Notes under the pieces: generated by a model
What the model saw: the letters and a program-made list of their open reading frames with translations, nothing else
Told to the model about the DNA's origin: nothing
The model's database searches: none
Shown here: positions 23,720 to 36,975 of the stretch, one piece after another
Position numbering within the stretch: the stretch's first letter is position 1
Layout of the letters: each line of letters begins with the position of its first letter
Translations under genes and position numbers: made by a program
Assembly (NCBI RefSeq): GCF_001194135.2
Contig: NC_068992.1
Location: 50,143,652 to 50,207,651 of the forward strand
DNA from: Octopus bimaculoides
Taxonomy: Eukaryota
Direction: 5' to 3'
DNA: 64,000 nucleotides

Positions 23720-25080
23720 AATGATATTGCAGAGAACCACATAACACAAGAAATGCAGGCTTTTCAAATAAAAACCAACAGCCTACAGCACCTTGATATA
23801 ATTAATTTATACATAACCCTCAAGGATTTCCCTAATTCTCACAAGGTTACATACAACGACTTCAATGCTAACACTTTCACAAACATCATCATTCAAGGAG
23901 ATTTCGATACCTTCAAAAGGGTTTTGAAATGGCACATAAGATAGACAAGGGTGAAACAATATCATAGGAAAGGGACACTGTCTAATCCTAAATGACCCAC
24001 ATTAGCATACATTTCACTAAGCCATTAGCAACAAGCCCTTCTGTTTTCAACCTGATGGTAACCAATTTTCCAACATTCCACAGATTCATCACAACACACA
24101 TACATACATACATGATGATGATGGCCGTCCACTGGTGGCCGAGGAAGACCATTGTCGACCTTCAGGAACATTGTGTGCTCTAGGACTAACTTATATTTTG
24201 CATTTGCGGCTCCATTGGTGGCTAATGAGCCCTGCTCTTGACAAGCATATATGACTGCAAACATTGCAGACCAAGCTTTCCCTATTCACTATACGACCCA
24301 TGTGCTTTCGCGCAGCTCGCTTAAGTTCTTCATGCTGGATACGTGCTCTTTCAAAAGTGTTGATCCCCAACAATGCCTGTCATCGCCACATACATACATG
24401 CATGCATGCATGCATGCATGCATACATGCATGCATGCATNNNNNNNNNNNNNNNNNNNNNNNNNNNNNNNNNNNNNNNNNNNNNNNNNNNNNNNNNNNNN
24501 NNNNNNNNNNNNNNNNNNNNNNNNNNNNCATACATACATACATACATACATACATACATACATACATACATACATACATACATACATACATACATACATA
24601 CATACATACATACATACATACATACATACATACATACAAACTGCAATGTCAAAAGTGAAAATACTTTTGCGAACTTCTACAAGCACAAAAGCTTAATTTC
24701 CACCAAGAAATGGAATCAGATTTATTGGAATTCAACTGTTCCACCCTAGACAACATTGACATTGCAATGTATACACTCCACAAAATAATCATAGACGCAT
24801 CTAAAAACCACATCTCAAATCAGCAAAAAAACATAATCCCAATTAGGCACCAGAAACTGCGCCAACCTCACAAAAACTAGAGAACGGAAACTTAAACGCG
24901 ATACAGCAAAACCAGATGCAAACGAAATAAAACTCTGCATCAAACAACTGAATAAGGAACTAACGAGTAAAATAAACAGAAAATTAGCGAAAATATCCAA
25001 CAAAGAACATAAAACTTACAGAAAACTAGTAGCAGCAACAACAATGGTCAGACCACACCCAAAGTTCCAACACCAAACTC
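23720..25080 (+). mobile_element. Jockey/I-group LINE ORF2 remnant (AP endonuclease and linker), interrupted
   Basis: LDIINLYIT...TNIIIQGDFD resembles the APE IIN.Y and GDFN motifs. LILNDPT follows, and after the insertion KLNFHQEMESDLLEFNCSTLDNIDIAMYTLHKIIIDASKNHI resembles the EN-RT linker. Confidence 0.5.
24105..24390 (-). mobile_element. RTE-clade LINE 3' end with zinc finger
   Basis: FERARIQHEELKRAARK...LVCNVCSHICLSRAGLISHQ, then a short 3' UTR ending ggacggcc(atc)n. Confidence 0.75.
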
Positions 25081-25646
25081 AAAAAACATATCTATGTGGC
25101 AACCGCAAGCATCACGTGATGTCAAGACATGGAGGCACAAACATACACACACACACTAACACACAAAAGCACCTATGTCAGTGCCATGTAAAAGGCACCC
25201 AGTACACTCTGTGAAATGACTGGCATTAGGAAGGGCATCCAGGTGTGGAAACCAAGCCAAATCAGATTAGAACCCGATGCAGTTCTTCAAACCATCCAAC
25301 CCATGCCAGCATGGAAGACAGATGTCACTGGATGATAATGATGATTAAATATACATGTACATATAGAAATATATATATTATTAATAATGGTGGTGGTAAT
25401 GTGGAAGTGAACTGGAAGAATCAGTGTTAGACCAAATGTCTTGCAGTGATACTTAGTTACCTCACTGTGCATCGTAAGTTCAAATTTCATCAAGGGCCAA
25501 CTTTGTCTTTCATTCATCTTTAAAATAGAAGAGACAGAAGTGAGAGCAGAATTGATGAAGTGAAGTACGAACATTTGGTTCAATCATCTACAGCACTCTA
25601 CCATCCCACAAATATGCAAATATCTAACCATGTGTTCATGTCACGC

Positions 25647-26079
25647 AACCTCGTGCTCACGTCACAGGCCCTGTAACCTCGTGCTCACGTCACAGGCCCT
25701 GTAACCTCGTGCTCACGTCACAGGCCCTGTAACCTCGTGCTCACGTCACAGGCCCTGTAACCTCGTGCTCACGTCACAGGCCCTGTAACCTCGTGCTCAC
25801 GTCACAGGCCCTGTAACCTCGTGCTCACGTCACAGGCCCTGTAACCTCGTGCTCACGTCACAGGCCCTGTAACCTCGTGCTCACGTCACAGGCCCTGTAA
25901 CCTCGTGCCCACGTCACAGGCCATGTAACCTCGTGCCTACGTCACAGGCTATGTAACCTCGTGCCTACGTCACAGGCTATGTAACCTCGTGCCTACGTCA
26001 CAGGCCATGTAACCTCATGCTCACGTCACAGGCCATGTAACCTGGTGCTCACATCACCGGCCATGTAACCTTGTGCTCA
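25647..26079. repeat. 28-bp minisatellite (VNTR), 15 full units plus a partial unit
   Basis: The unit aacctcgtgctcacgtcacaggccctgt occurs 9 times identically (25647-25898), then 6 progressively diverged units, then a partial unit. Confidence 0.95.
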
Positions 26080-27119
26080 TTCTAAAGTCATGATCACAAA
26101 AGCAAAAATAGGAACAAAATGTCCAATTTTGAAAGGAAATGTCTGCAAGATATTGTGATGCTTTCTCCATGACTGCTGCACCTGTTTTAGGTAGAATTAC
26201 AAAGTAAGAAATTCAATGATTGAGGAAACAGGATATGCTGTTTGTTTGCATAACACACACAGTTATATATACATATATATATACACACATACACATAGTC
26301 ATGCATATAGAGTCTTGAAAATATAACACTTAGAAGGAAACTGCTATAGTATTGCTGTAATTAGAGACACCGTTTTGTACATCTGAGTGAGAGTGTGTGA
26401 AGAGTAATAGTGAGATGATGATGATGATGATGATCTAATCTAGAACTTCCAAGCTAGAGAAATTAATCAAGCAAGAAAGAAATCATATAGAATGTGTGTG
26501 TGTGTGTGTGTGTGTGTTTGTGTGTGTGTTTGTGTGTGTAAGTAAATATATGTGCATACACACATATTAAGGATTCTCACTTGCATAATAGATATATAGC
26601 TATCAACTTCTAGAGAATCATGTATTGAAATTGCTTTGACTTTCCCTCATTAACTGACAAAAGACTATGATCTTGCTTGTATCCTGTCCTGAATATCTTA
26701 CCTGTTGTCAGTTCTTAATTGTTCTTTCATTTGATAGTGATACGACACAGTTTTTTTTAGTCGACTTTAACACAAATTTCTCAGTGACCATCTCTACTCT
26801 TGTCCTCTCTCTTACCATTTTAATCCCAGCTTTCCTTTTTACTTTTATCTGCTCTCTCCTGCCTCTTTTTCTTCTGTTCATTTCTAAATTTCTCAAAGAA
26901 GGAATTCAATCCAATGCCAGATGTCCCTTCTGGAGATTGGCACAAATGAACGTCACAGGACCCACTAGACTAACCTCTATATTAAGAAGCAAAATGGCCT
27001 TAAAACACTTATTGCTAGTATCTCTAGAAAGAGTTGATAGCTAGTGCTTGAAGGCCTCTCAAAATGTTCATTGATGGTGTCTCTACAAGAAATTCATAGC
27101 ACTTGGAGGACTCTCTCAA

Positions 27120-27495
27120 GGTAGTTGATAACTAATGCATGATGTGACCGATGGCTTCTGTTACCCCATTCTGAAAACATGATAGCCTGAGTTAAAAAGG
27201 GATAGAAAAATATAGGGTTGTTACCTCTGATGGTATCAGAAGGATCCTCTCTCTGAGTAGCGAGCAGATTGTATGATGCACTTGAGAGAAGAGCAAACTT
27301 GCATGGTAGCAAACTATTGATACAGAATGCAGAGGATGTACAAAAGCTGGAAAGAAACAAAGCCGGCATGCTTTGCTGAACATGTAATGTAAGTGTGGAT
27401 GAACAACAGAGCATAACTTACGCTGAAAGGAAAACTGGGCACAAGAGAAATCAAATGCTGTGTAGAAAGAAGCGAGGAGACTGAGCTGATTCAAA
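27120..27495 (+). mobile_element. RTE-clade LINE ORF2 3' fragment, decayed
   Basis: LLPLMVSEGSSL*VASRLYDA...EDVQKLERNKAGMLC*TCNVSV aligns with the better-preserved copy at 58303 (LLPLLVTKGLSLRVKGRLYDA...KLARNETSMLRWMCNVSV). Confidence 0.7.
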
Positions 27496-27506
27496 CATGT
27501 GATACT

Positions 27507-27775
27507 CTTTACTCTCTTTTACTTGTTTCAGTCATTTGACTGTGGCCATGCTGGAGCACCGCTTTTAGCTGAGCAAATCGACCCCAGGACTTATTCTTTG
27601 GAAGCCTAGTACTTATTCTATCAGTCTCTTTTGCTGAACCGCTAAGTTACGGGGACGTAAACACATCAGCATCGGTTGTCAAGCGATGTTGGGGGGGACA
27701 ATCACAGACACACAAACATATACACACACAAATATATATACATATATATGACGGGCTTCTTTCAGTTTTCCGTCT
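27507..27775 (-). mobile_element. SINE family B, 5'-truncated
   Basis: Family B tail and body, ending at cagttttccgtct. Confidence 0.85.
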
Positions 27776-29019
27776 AAGACAGCAAAAACCAAACAGAAGA
27801 CACTTATGGGAGAGGAAGACAGGAATAAGTGAAGGCTGAACTTCATAAAGGAGGTTAAAAAGGGAGTGTAACAGGTTTCAAGATTGTACAGGGGAAAACC
27901 TGTCCAACCCATAAAACTGTTAGGAAATAGATGTAAAATGATAACAGTATGATACTGAAAATGCAGACAGTGTGAATGAATGCAACAGGGATTCTTTACT
28001 GATTAATCATCATTATTTTATGCCTGCTTTCTCTGCTAGCATGGGTTGCACAAAAAATTTACGCCTCACGAGGTAGGTTAATATATATACACATACAAAT
28101 ACGCACAAAGATTTATATATAGACAAACACACATACACATGTATTTACAGACATACACATATATTTAGGCAGATAGGTATACAAGCAGACAGAAAAGAGA
28201 GAGAGATATTTAGGAGTGTTGGTTGCATGGCAATATCATAATATCTAAAATTGCTTAAAGCTATCTTTATGGTGAAAAAAATGGAAATTTAAGGATGTGA
28301 AACAATTTTCTGCAACAAATTACTTTTAAAAATGCATAAATAGAGATGGTGCCAGCTACTAAAGACAATTTTACTTTCAAGTAATGTGTTAATCATAACA
28401 CAAATCTTTATATTAACTGTTGTTTGTTTACAATTTGCAGATTAGTGAAGCTTTAAAAGAACCAGAAAAGAGTAAATTACTTATTCACTGGATTAGTGAT
28501 GCTATTTAGCTTTAGGTCAGCAGTCAAGCCAATATATTTTTTGCATTCAGGGTCAATAAAATAAGCACCAGTTGAATACTGGGGTTAATATAATCAACTT
28601 ACTTCCTCCTTGAAATTTGCTGGCTGTGTGCCAAAATTTAAAATCAATATGTAAGCAATAAGCCAATGTAGGCAACACTTCCGGCAGTTCAAGAACAAGT
28701 CCTCGCAGATATAAAAAGAATTGGCTACTAAACTTCTTTAGCTTCAAGTCGGAATTGATTGAGTAACCCAATGACAACTGTCTTAAAAAAACATAATGGG
28801 TTCAGTCCTACTGTATGGCACCTTGAGCAAATGTTCTCAACAATAGCTCCAGTTCAACCAAAGCCCTTTTGAATGGATTTCATAGACAGAAACTGAAAGA
28901 TGCCTGATACATATGAAAAAAATGGGGGCTTGTAACTTGAAATGATACAATAGTTATAAACAACTTCACTGCCATACAAACGGTGTCATTTCAACAGCAT
29001 TGATTTCTTCCATACTCTT

Positions 29020-29200
29020 ACATAACCAAGCAAGACTACTTCTCAGATGGCACCATTACTCACAAGAACTTGGGTCTTTGGCATGTTTTGCCTTCAAGGC
29101 TTTTGTACTTAAAGACATGCTTCAAGATTCTGGAACTTACTTTGCTAGCTCTGGGACAATTTCTGTTATGAGAATCAGGTCAATGACATTTATTATGGCT
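29020..29200 (-). mobile_element. RTE RT-core remnant
   Basis: Minus frames give IDLILITEIVPELAK and NMPKTQVLVS, resembling ADDL.LIAES..EL and VN..KTKVLVS. Confidence 0.4.
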
Positions 29201-30604
29201 TCAACAAACAAGCAGTTATGTGCTCTAAAGTCATAGTCTCAACAGCTATAATGATAGTGGACACTCAGCCCCACACCCAACCTTTATAAATATGCGACAC
29301 AAAACGAAAAGGTTACCAGATATTTTCAGAAGATACAAAAATGATAACATGGCCCTCGAACAAGGTCACACTTTGAACAAATTCACAACTGTTTATAAAG
29401 CTATAATCTAATCCTTGAAACCTGATATCTGTCAAGATCTTACACATTAGGTCATCACATGTGTTAAGAGAAATACACAGGAATGTGACACAATAATTTT
29501 AGACAGTAACCATAGTGATAACATAAAGGGGATTGTACAATAATTGGGATAACGACTGTTGTTTGTTGTCAAGTTGTACTGGACACTTCTGCCTGGGTAA
29601 AGATTAGCACAAAAATAATCAAATTTTTTATCATTTAATCATTTCTTTTTTATTTCTATTTCTACCACAACCTTCTTTAATGTGAAACTCAACTAATATT
29701 GGTTTCAAATTTGGGCACAAGACAAGCAGTTTCAAAGGGGAGGGTAAGTCAATAAAAATCAGTCAACTGATTACTTATTTCACCGACTCTGAAAGAATGA
29801 AAGGCAAAGTCGACCTTGGCAGAATTTGATCTCAGAATGTAAAGACAGATGAAATGCTACTAAGCATTTTGCCTGGTGTGCTAATGATTCTGCCAGCTTG
29901 ACACCTTAAACTCATCTAATAATATAGGCATAGACATCGCTGTATAGTTAAGAAGTTTGCAAAGGCACTTTATTTCATGTTGCTCCAGTCTACTCATCTG
30001 AAAATAACTACCAGAAGCAGCTAGGAGTTAACCCTCTGGTGGACTGGTGCCTCACCCAGGAGAGTGTCTTGTACTCTTAGTCACTCATACAGCTAGGAAA
30101 TTGATATAAGGTTTGGTCCAACAAACCTATAGGCTGGAGAAGAGGCATTTCAACTTTAGGTGTGGTTAGAAGTGTGTTTCCCAAACACATGATCCTGGTT
30201 TCAGTCCCACCGCTTGATACCATGGGCAAGTCTCTTCTATTATAGCCCTAGGCCAACCAAAACCTTGTGAGTAGATTCTATAGACAGAAACTGAAAGTAG
30301 CTTATTGTGTGTGTGTGTGTCAGTCTGTCTCTGTCACCTACCACTTGACAACCAGTCTTTGGTTTCTTTATGCTTTCGCAATTTAGCAGTTCAACAAAAA
30401 GAGACCTACAGAATAAGTGCTAGACTTGAAGAAAAATAATTACTTGGGTTGGCTGGTTCAAGCAAACTCTTCGAGGTGTTGCCTCTGCATAGCAACAGTC
30501 TAAAATGACTGAAACAAATAAAACAATGGTACATACATACAGATACTTAGACACACGCACACATCGAAGAATGGTGGTACTTATTTACAACTATTTTTCA
30601 TTTC

Positions 30605-31216
30605 GGATCGTTTTTAAAACGGGGGCCACATTTTTCATTAATGTTTTACGTAGTGTTTTTGGTACCGAAAGACTTTCAAACTTCGTATACTTATCTATTT
30701 TGTGTTATAGAACAGAAAAATATTTTTGTATTCGAATTTATTTCATGTAAAAAATTGTCTTATTTCGATAATTTCAACCAATCACTGACAAGTATTCAGT
30801 TGTTTACATTTACTCCTTTGGCTGATTAAGCCATAGCTTCGTTTTATTTGCTTTTTTCATTTTATATATTTGCTTTTTTCATTTTAAATTTGCTTTTTTC
30901 ATTTTCTTCGTTTTATTTGCTTTTTTCTTTTTAAATTTGCTGTTTTACCCTAACCCTAACCCTATCACCGATAGAATTGTTTCAGAATCGTTTGTTTATG
31001 TAGTCGGCACTTAATGTATATCGGCTGAATGGACGTCAGTGATTGGTTGAAATTACAGAAATACGACAACTTTAACATGGAATAACTTAGGGATTTCTTT
31101 TTTTTTTTTAAGAAGACTAAGAGAAAAAGATGTTTTATATGACACATTCTACCAGTGTTCCAAGTTTCAAAGTGTTTCGTTAATGAAAAATGTGGCCCCC
31201 GTTTTAAAAAAGATCC
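30605..31216. mobile_element. Long-TIR fold-back MITE (GG...CC ends, 8-bp TSD; Merlin/MULE-like)
   Basis: 37-bp terminal IR with 1 mismatch (30605-30641 and 31180-31216). TSD ttcatttc at 30597-30604 and 31217-31224. Inner perfect 20-bp IR at 30770-30789 and 31035-31054. CCCTAA hexamers at 30948-30965. Confidence 0.85.
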
Positions 31217-32336
31217 TTCATTTCTACTGTAGCAAGGATTCAAAACCTAACTGCTATATACTCGGTCAGATACCACGAATGAACCACCATAGTTTCACAT
31301 GATCAGTCTATAAGTCGACCAATCAGCATGAAGCAGTGACATTATATAGTTTTCTTGAATGTTTTAAAATTTAGATTCTGGTTCCGTATTAAAAAAAAAA
31401 AAGAAGTTTGGTGCACATTTTAGAGAGCAGACGGCTAACGGACTGCTGAGGCCACGTTTCACCTCGAAGATTTGCGCAGATGACCTCTTGTATTTTTGAA
31501 CTGACTGCATTCTTGTCACTCAGCTTTCCACAACTTCAGTGTAGTTTTCCTCTCCCCATCTTTATGTTTGGCAATAAATATTTCAGTTAAGATTTTCGAG
31601 AGGTTTGCTTCAGTTATTATTTACGCAGCCAACGAAATATGTCTTTATTGACCAGCTAAATTCGAGCGACGGCAAGCAGTCATCGATACTACTATGACAA
31701 CCAATATCTTCAGAAATGCAATTCAAAAGAAAATAGCTGTAACTAGGAATCGAAACTAGTGTTGTGAGCCATCAAACTTTAATGGCCTTAATCACTGATA
31801 TTCATTTACTTTGGCGATCTCTCTCTGATAGAGAAGGAACAAGATTTCCGGTTTGAGATGAAAAGGGAAGTAAATGAAGTGGTGCGATGTGGGTTCGATT
31901 CCGGACCCAGAATAATTTAGAACATCTTCATATATCGCCTTTTACAGAGCACAGACCCTTACCTGGCTTCTTTCCAGGTACCAGTTATTCCACCTCCTCG
32001 AAGAAATTGAACTAGTTGAATCCACCACCACTGTCAGTAAGAATATTGTTCAATCACATCAGTTGACACAAACAACAATGATACTTAACAAAAACAAAAA
32101 CAACAACAAAATATAAAAAAACAGTCTGGGGCACTAATGTGTAGACATGCCGCATAATGTCTTAAAAGAAAATGGTATAAACACGGTTGAAAAGGATTTG
32201 AGAAAAGATCTGCTCTTCAAGGTTGACCTGGTGCTAAATAAAAGTAAAAATAATTGTAGTAGGCTTGGAGGTAGCTTTAAAGACCTATTTTACTATTAAA
32301 GATAACAAACGGCTTCCAGTCAACCTTATCACGCAC

Positions 32337-32388
<52 letters not shown>

Positions 32389-33290
32389 TCGATATGTAAA
32401 TCAAGACAGCTCTGAATGAATTAAATAAAATAATTAAATACAAAACCATACAAAAAACTACATTGAGGATACCAGAGTGTTTTTTTTTCTTTCTTAGATA
32501 AACGTTGTCTATGATGATTGATGATAAGGAAAAAGGTAAAGATATGATTAAATTACATATACATGTATGTGTGTGTTTGTGTATCAGTATGTATGTGTTT
32601 GTGTAGGAAATTATCTTTGCTACTTTATCACTCACTATCTGTCTTCGTATCTCACCACCCGTATCTGTCTATTTTTTTTCTTTTCGTTTATCATTCTACC
32701 CATCTAAGAACAAGCTGTTTATATCCACGCATTCAACCATCCGTAGCTAGCTAACTTTACGTCTACTAATAATTGCGTTTGCTTGAGAGACAGAGAGAGA
32801 GAGAAAGAAAGAAAGAAAAAGAGAGAATTATAAGCACTAATCTGATAGAAAAGGAGACGGAGGGCGCATGCACACTGATAGGACAAGAATTAGGGCTTCT
32901 AATATCTTTATTAAAGGATCAACCGAAAATTCAAACACATACATACACACAGACATTGTATATATATATACCCCCGCCCACAATGTTGGGATATTTGATA
33001 TCTTTCAATTGTGATGTGTCTTTTTTTCATGTTATTGTTGTTTATTTCCCTCGCAGATCAAGAAATTTCTTTATTTTTTTCCTCACCCACCGCAAACCTA
33101 CATTGCTTTATTATAAGTTCAAAGAAATAACAGAATTTAATTATCAGAAATGTGCTCCTTTGGGCGAATTTAAAAACCCAATCTCGTTAGATCTATTTAT
33201 CCACCTTATATATATTATTCATTCACCTGTAGTTTCTAAAAGACCTTATGTCTTAAGAGAACAAAATATAATCACACACGTGTGTGTGTG

Positions 33291-33345
<55 letters not shown>

Positions 33346-34760
33346 AGTCAGGAGACACGAAATACACGAAGATGCTTTGAATAACTCGAAACTAAGAAGC
33401 ATGACATACAGAGAAAAAGACAGATGATTACGATAAATATCCTGTGTATATAAAAACACCCAACGTACCCTGTGAACACTGTGTTGCATATGTTGTGTGT
33501 ACTGATACAGCCTTTACTTAATAGTAGCAGGCTTAATACAGTTGTGAAATGAAGCTACTTCCATAACACATGGCTTTTAACAATTGGCCATACCTATATT
33601 TGTGTGTGTGTTAGACAGAATGTTACTGCAACAATGTCATCCCATTAAGAAAGTCCTGTGCGATCGATGATCGATCGATTGGACGAATGCAGACTGGAAG
33701 TATGCAAACCTGTGACCGGAGACTGGGGGAGGAAATGACAACACAATCAACAGATAATGTAGTGTAGAGAAACTTGTTTAAGCTTGATACTAATGGAAGT
33801 CTTCCTCGCCTTCAATCACGCGTTACTATCATCGAGCACGCGCGCACGCGCACACTTTGAATAAAAATGAAAGGATTCAATGGATAGTGAAAATTCTAGA
33901 TTATACATTGTGAGTGAATGAATGATGTGACAGTCATTTATTATAAGGATTGATCCAGGGTTAAATATACAAAACACCATATATTCGAGGAGGAAAACAA
34001 ATCATTTTGGAGGAATTAAGATAATACTAAAGTTTAACGTGCCTTACATTCCAGCAGAGATCAATACAGTACTAAATCACACACACACATACATGCATCC
34101 ATATACACCACATTCACACACGCTCATATACATGCACACATGCATGCACATATACATACTCGCACTCACTTATGCACACACATGCATATATACATACATA
34201 CTGATAAGAGAGAATAGGCCATAATTAATATCAACGGTGTATTTTAAAATCAAAGGGCTCATCAGATGATGAAATATATCATGAATTATTTGGGGGTTAT
34301 ACACGGAGTTTATACAGTGCTGAAATAAACGGAAGGACAACTTGTGATACACAGTAGAGAGGCAACAAGAGTTGGCCCTAATGTGATTTGAACTCATAAA
34401 AATGAGTCATCGATGCCTCATCAATCCAATGATGGATTCTCAGAAAGTTTAGTATTTCGAAAACAGAGCATGAACAATGCACGGACAAGGATGTCTCTAA
34501 GTAGTGTTCCAAGCTGTTAGAAACAGCAACTAAACTTTGCTACCGTCTTCAGGAGAGAGAGACACACTGGATAATGGGCGCGCGCGTAATGCTTGAGAGG
34601 AAGACATGATAGTCAAGGGCTGAAAGCATCTGATCAGAGGTTTGCTCATTCAGGTCTTGCCTGTGGCTAAACAAGAAAAGAACAGCTGCTAGAAAGCAAT
34701 GAGAGAGAGAGAGAGAGAGAGAGGGCATATAACATACGAGTGGTTAATGAGTGAATCGAG

Positions 34761-34827
<67 letters not shown>

Positions 34828-35423
34828 CATATATATACATATATACATATATATATATACACATACATACACACCAATATAAATATGTATATCCACTCAT
34901 TCACGTTTATACACACAAATATAAGTGCAACGCACAAAACTATCACTCTACGTACCGAATACTCATAAATATATAGGCATAATGCACACACACATACACA
35001 CACCCAATGCAACGCAATATATATGCGCATGTATGAATATGTATGTATATAAAATGCAAGCTCCGTAGTTATGCATGTGTATGTATATAACACAGATTAA
35101 AGCTAACGAGATGGAGAGAGAGTAAGCGTTTAATAGCATGGGGTTGATATTAACATGAGAAAAAAAAAAAGACCACCACCACCACATTACCAACAAATTA
35201 CATCACACTGTGTAACGAAGAAATTGTATAAATAAGATAATTACAGAAGTAATAAGTTCTCCATACAAAATGATTTGGTTATTTTTTTATTAACCGTTTT
35301 TCTCCAGGGACAATTCTGATATCAGAACAAAACGAACCTCAAACGTTCGGGTATGTGTTCAATGAATGTGTAATATGTAATCACAATTCGTTTCATCTTT
35401 TTGATTGTGTATATAAATATGTT

Positions 35424-35454
<31 letters not shown>

Positions 35455-35817
35455 ATAGGGTGGGTGGGAATGTGTACCCAGAGAGACGGGTATAGACATA
35501 CAGATTGACATATATCTGATCACCAACCAAACTCAATAATAGTCATACATAACATCTAGCAACATAAATAAATGCACCAGCGGTTAGGATAAACAAAACT
35601 ACAATATAATGTTGACAACTAGAGCATATATATATATCCACACACACACACACACACATATATATGTTCATATACACATATACATATATATATACACATA
35701 TATAAACATGTTCATGAACACACACACACACACACATATACATATATAAACATATACACAAAAATCATAAGCACACGCATACGAACATACAAGCATACTT
35801 TTCTATTAGTCGATAGA

Positions 35818-36201
35818 ATGTGACGTGCAGGCGGAATCGTGAAGCACGCCGGACAAAATGTTTGCGATATTTCTTCCGGCTTCACGTCCTCAGCCAATAT
35901 CGACTTCGCCTTTCACCCATTTCGGAGTCTAGGACTAGGGGTTGGTGTAATCGACTGCACCCGCTCCTTCAAAATTCCAGGCATTATGAATATAGTCGGA
36001 ACGATAATTAATCGGCATAAGTTGTAGTGACTCAGGGGCCGAGAGTTTCGTTCAGTGATACTTAACAAATATAATTGCCAAAGTACGAAACTCTCGATGG
36101 TTGAGTTATAGCCTCGGGCCGACCAAAGCCTTGGGAGTGGATTTGGTAGACGGAAGCTGAAAGAAGCCCGTCGTATATATATATGTATGTATGTATGTAT
36201 G

Positions 36202-36236
<35 letters not shown>

Positions 36237-36420
36237 CCCAACATCGCTTGACAACCGATGCTGGTGTGTTTACGTCCCCGTAACTTAGCGGTTCGGCAAA
36301 ACTGACCGATAGAATAAGTACCAGGCTTCCAAAAAATAAGTCCTGGGGTCGATTTGCTCGGCTAAAGGCGGTGCTCCAGCATGGCCACAGTCAAATGACT
36401 GAAACAAGTAAAAGAATAAT
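35818..36420 (+). mobile_element. SINE C-derived segment followed by a 5'-truncated SINE B
   Basis: gcaggcggaatcgtgaagcacgccggacaaaatg is a family C head. From 36107 the family B body and tail follow with CpGs intact. Confidence 0.75.
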
Positions 36421-36523
36421 ATTTTGTTTTATTTTCTTGCTTGTATCACAAAACCAATATAAACATACATAGTCTACGTATTGAAATAAATACACTTGCT
36501 TTTTCAGGACAAAACAAATCTAA

Positions 36524-36560
<37 letters not shown>

Positions 36561-36897
36561 GCTCACACAAGGTACAGGATTTATGCACGAGATCTCTGTA
36601 TTGTATTATATATAGTTCATGTTGTTAGGCGCCAGATTAGGCTAATTCAAAGATAGTTTAGTTGAGATTAGAAACTCGTAGTTTATTCTGACATAAAACA
36701 CCTAGGAGTATATTATGAAATGTATCGCTGATTATCAATATTTATTTTTTTTAACTCGGCAGGGCGTGATTTGAGGGAAACCTAGCTGTTATTTCTAGCA
36801 TTTAAAGAAAAACTACGATGTAAAAGATTTCATTTGTGGACAATTGATTGTATATGATCAGTGCGTGTAATGTATTATAACCAGTAGTGCGTGTGCG

Positions 36898-36932
<35 letters not shown>

Positions 36933-36975
36933 TTTTGTACACATGCATTTAATGAACATCTATACATACATAATG

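Noticed and set aside
25647-26079. CRISPR array
   Set aside because: Units are head-to-tail with no unique spacers, there are no cas genes, and the context is eukaryotic.
31978-32036. Plus-strand micro-exon (ttccag|GTACC...GTCA|gtaaga; YQLFHLLEEIELVESTTTV)
   Set aside because: It is 59 nt with no recognisable homology, and there are no other plus-strand exons to join it to.
34259-34265. Isolated CTGATGA motifs (34259-34265 minus, 63103-63109 plus, 4790s, 53848) as hammerheads or C/D boxes
   Set aside because: No stem II-GAAA-stem III follows, and no terminal stem or partner box was found.
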